NCBI GenBank assembly: GCA_051362555.1
Contig: CM120641.1
Coordinates: forward strand, 24,000,401-24,064,400
Length of the DNA: 64,000 bases
Reading direction: 5' to 3'
Source: Lingula anatina
Taxonomy: Eukaryota > Animalia > Brachiopoda
Shown here: positions 61,226 to 64,000 of the stretch, piece after piece
Layout of the letters: every line of letters starts with the position of its first letter
Position numbering within the stretch: the stretch's first letter is position 1
The notes under the pieces: model-generated
Seen by the model: the letters and a program-made list of their open reading frames with translations, nothing else
Databases searched by the model: none
What the model was told of the DNA's origin: nothing
Position numbers and translations under genes: made by a program

Positions 61226-62838
61226 AGTGAAAATTACATTCACATTTCTGAAAACAAAAGTAAATCTATCATATCCCCTGACTGCTCCCAGTACCCTCAG
61301 TTTTAATAAGTAATTGACAAGGTTTGATAATAAGAAGCCTGGTAATGCTTCTTACCACAAGATGGCAGTATTCCAAGCCACATGCCATCTTTACACCTGA
61401 GAGGCCGGTCACTGGTGTCCTGGTTGGTAACAGACCTGCAGGAGTAGACCACCTCTGAACCCTCGGACCAGCCACTGCCCACCTGCTCCCCATACACCTT
61501 GTAGTAGGCCCCACTAATGGTAATAGGATGTGGACACACAGATGCTGGAAACACAATGAAAGCAGTACTTTGTATTCATACATGTCAACAAAGATTGCTA
61601 GACAAGGCAAACACAACTGTGCATTGGGATGTAATGGCCAGGTGAATATATACCTGTCCAAGTGAGAATGTTATATCAAGGAAATACCTATAAATATAGT
61701 ATTGCTAGACCAGCTTTACACATGCCTGTCTATTAAGATAATATAATATAATAAGTTTACTTGAAATCAAAGCAACCAAAAGGTTGAAGTTATACAAACC
61801 AAAGTGAACATCAACCTGTACAAGTCTGAATACACATACCTGTACAGGAAGGGATGTTGGACCAGGTACCAGATGCTGAGCAGAGAATGCTGCCATCTGA
61901 GGCAGACAAAGTGTGTCCTGTGTCACATATCACCTGTGTCTGAGAGCCTGGAGTGAACCCCCCAGGGATCTTGAGCACCCGCCCATTTTTTACCAAAGGA
62001 ACTGGGCACTTGGCTGCAATTCGAACAGGAGATTCTAGAATTTATTCCACCATAAGCTTGTCTACATGGAGCTGTGTCTTATTATATTAAATTTATTCTT
62101 CACATAGAAAGTTTGTCTCCAATTTTTAGAATGTTCTTACAAATTTCAACTCAACAACTCCTGTCAAAAATTTTTTTAAAATAAGCAAAATCACAATAAA
62201 AACAACTATTCAAATCAAAAACAAATACAATTGTACATAACATCATTTACTGAAGTAAATACAAATTCCTTACTATTAGTACAAATTGGCATTTCAGGTG
62301 GATTCCACCGTCCATTGCTGGTACACAACATACTGGAGTAGCCCACTAATGTGTAGCCCTGTTTACATTGAAATGAAATAGAAGAGAGGAAAGGGTGGTA
62401 CTCCTGCCCAGACTGGTACACTGGCAGTCTCTGTCCATTCACCAATTCCCCTGGGTCACGGCATGGTGTACCTGACAAAATTGATAATTCCAAAGTCTTT
62501 ATCTTGATACGTGCTCTCCAATCTTACATTTTGAGTAGTGCCAAGAGTATTAATTTTAAACTTGAATAAAAATGTAATAACCATTTTTTATAAATTTGAA
62601 GATTAATAAGGGCATAGTTCTTTCTACAAGATGGCAATGAATATCCACTGCATATTCTCAATGATAAGTTAATTGCCTTCTGTTAATAACTTAATAACAA
62701 GATGTTCACTTTCTAGTAACATTACTTACTGGTTACAGAGGCCAAAGTGGTGCCAACAGTGGTAGGAGATGACAGCACTATATGAACATATGGAAACACG
62801 GTTGCCAGAACCGTTACCACAATTACAGTATAGTCCAT
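57970..62838 (-). CDS. Sushi/CCP domain-containing type I membrane protein, SUSD4/SUSD6-like (5 CCP, TM, PPxY/LPxY tail), ~626 aa
   Basis: complement(join(57970..58070,58369..59043,59574..59771,60668..60904,61356..61544,61840..62013,62274..62471,62730..62838)) = 1881 nt in frame. accATGG start with an upstream in-frame stop; signal peptide MDYTVIVVTVLATVFPYVHIVLS. Five phase-1 exons each encode one CCP module (C..P...G...C..GY.L.G...C...G.W...P.C). TM LAVVIATSGSVLGILVLILIAVAV followed by KRRK; tail has PPPPSY and ADGGHLVLPTYAEA. Confidence 0.88.
58369..59043 (-). CDS. Sushi gene transmembrane and cytoplasmic exon
   Basis: Hydrophobic helix followed by KRRK, PPPPSY, LPTYAEA and a Ser/Thr-rich tail; matches ORF 58277..59062. 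Confidence 0.88.
59120..59190. repeat. (TA)n microsatellite
   Basis: Read directly from the sequence. Confidence 0.95.
59574..59771 (-). CDS. Sushi gene CCP5 exon
   Basis: TTCEDPGNVQHGSR...GVSVHYYCLDGYEIVGGSTVITCTEEGVWTTNKPSCRE. Confidence 0.9.
59857..60406. mobile_element. Non-autonomous DNA transposon (MITE, 550 bp) with ~110-bp near-perfect TIRs in a Sushi-gene intron
   Basis: CAGGCCTACCCAACTACCAGACTCGGCACCTAAGGATCCTGAATTAACCGG... at the left and ...CCGGTTAATTCAGGATCCTTAGGTGCCGAGTCTGGTAGTTGGGTAGGCCTG at the right. Flanked by the direct repeat AATAT (59852-56, 60407-11). Confidence 0.9.
60668..60904 (-). CDS. Sushi gene CCP4 exon
   Basis: KQCKQPQDIENGRW...EGSQVVYECEDNVNYSLIGAKTIVCTNKEW...PPRC. 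Confidence 0.9.
61164..61222. repeat. (TA)n microsatellite
   Basis: Read directly from the sequence. Confidence 0.95.
61356..61544 (-). CDS. Sushi gene CCP3 exon
   Basis: SVCPHPITISGAYY...EGSEVVYSC...LRCKDGMWLGILPSC. Confidence 0.9.
61840..62013 (-). CDS. Sushi gene CCP2 exon
   Basis: KCPVPLVKNGRV...FTPGSQTQVICDTGHTL...LCSASGTWSNIPSCT. Confidence 0.9.
62274..62471 (-). CDS. Sushi gene CCP1 exon
   Basis: TPCRDPGELVNGQR...ISFQCKQGYTLVGYSSMLCTSNGRWNPPEMPICTN. Confidence 0.9.
62730..62838 (-). CDS. Sushi gene first coding exon: signal peptide and Thr-rich linker
   Basis: MDYTVIVVTVLATVFPYVHIVLSSPTTVGTTLASVT, followed by donor GTAAGT. A possible upstream acceptor lies at 63130. Confidence 0.75.
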
Positions 62839-64000
62839 GGTATTGCACTCGCCTATCCTCTGGTTATTACTAGGGAGGCAAGCTCTGCCACTGTTGTACT
62901 GCTCTTGGGATTGCCTAGGTATGGTCTTTCCTGGTTTTGCTGTTGCTTATTCTGAAGCGATCTTCCTACAATGGTTTTGTGGTGTCTGTTTAGAGTGGCA
63001 CTTAATTTGTCTCATCTACAGGCAATTCAGCAGAGGGCACTGTTTTATCACAAAAATTATGTGACTCACAATTGGTTTGATTAATATATTATGCTGTCCT
63101 TTTTGGCACTGAAAAAAGAACAATCATGACCTGTAAAATATTTACAGATGTGATGAAAGAGTTTAATCACTATACTAGTAGTAATTTTTTTTAAAAATAA
63201 TTTTTTAAATAAATCAACTAATTAATAATTTCAGATTTACCTTAAATCTCTCTAAAGTAATTAATCAGTATATAATAAGATTTTAACTGTAAAAATATGG
63301 ACAAACATTTCAGCATACAATGGTTAGATAAATAATGCTTTAAAACATAGATGATGGCCTACCTAATGAATTATTATAACCTGTCCCTGACCTACTACAA
63401 TAACACTAGCACAGTTAGAAACACACATGATATATTTAACTTTATCACATACACACTGAAACCTTGAGGTCAACTCAGACAAAACAGATCAATGCCTTTT
63501 TACACCAAGGACGTGAACAACCAATCACATTTCACCAGCAGCGTGAGAATACCAACACTCTGGTGTTATTACATAATGCAGATGAGCTCAGTCATGACAA
63601 GTATAAACTTGCTACAACTGGCATGCAAGTTTTGAAATTGGAATGATTCCAATTATACCTCGACACAAATCCAATGTGTGTAAAATGTTCTTTCTTCCTC
63701 TACAATCTGTGGAAACTAAATTCAGTTGAATAACAAGTATTTGAAGGTATACAGTGCACTTTTGAGAATGTCCCAAAGTCATATTTTCCATGTCTACATA
63801 TCCTGCAAATCTACTTATCTTTCACAATTCAGAACATTAAAAAAAACTTGAATAAAGTACCCTTTGTTGCATTTCCTTCTGAAATGTACTGGAAGACTAG
63901 GCAGCCTAAATGTCATAAAAAATTGCAAACTAAACACTGCAATTGCCATTTAGGTATGAGCAATTATCTTGCTGTTGTACTTTACATTGGTTACTATGAT

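Overview
This is AT-rich, intron-containing animal DNA, not prokaryotic. The repeat types and gene content suggest a lophotrochozoan, possibly a mollusc (inference). Positions 1-16243 are a very homogeneous satellite array of ~361-bp monomers (~45 copies) that runs off the left edge; the ORFs there are repeat-derived. About 1.1-1.4 kb after the array is a complete 19-exon BMP1/tolloid-like astacin metalloprotease gene on + (CDS 17614-44016, ~1057 aa; signal, prodomain, astacin, CUB1-CUB2-EGF1-CUB3-EGF2-CUB4-CUB5). It lies tail-to-tail with a complete 15-exon TM9SF3 on - (54869-47253, ~582 aa). Next on - is an 8-coding-exon type I membrane protein with five Sushi/CCP domains and PPxY/LPxY motifs (SUSD4/SUSD6-like, 62838-57970, ~626 aa). 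The introns hold two long-TIR MITEs, a 2.9-kb Helentron-type HINE with a 146-bp tandem array carrying perfect DR1 motifs, a second decayed HINE and LINE remnants. The most notable observations are the tolloid-TM9SF3 adjacency (TLL2 and TM9SF3 are neighbours in human), the DR1 cluster carried by the HINE, a candidate 9-nt microexon, and a promoter right next to a satellite block. All exon models were hand-spliced from GT-AG sites and reading frame; no database searches were run. I found no convincing evidence of a wholly new biological system.
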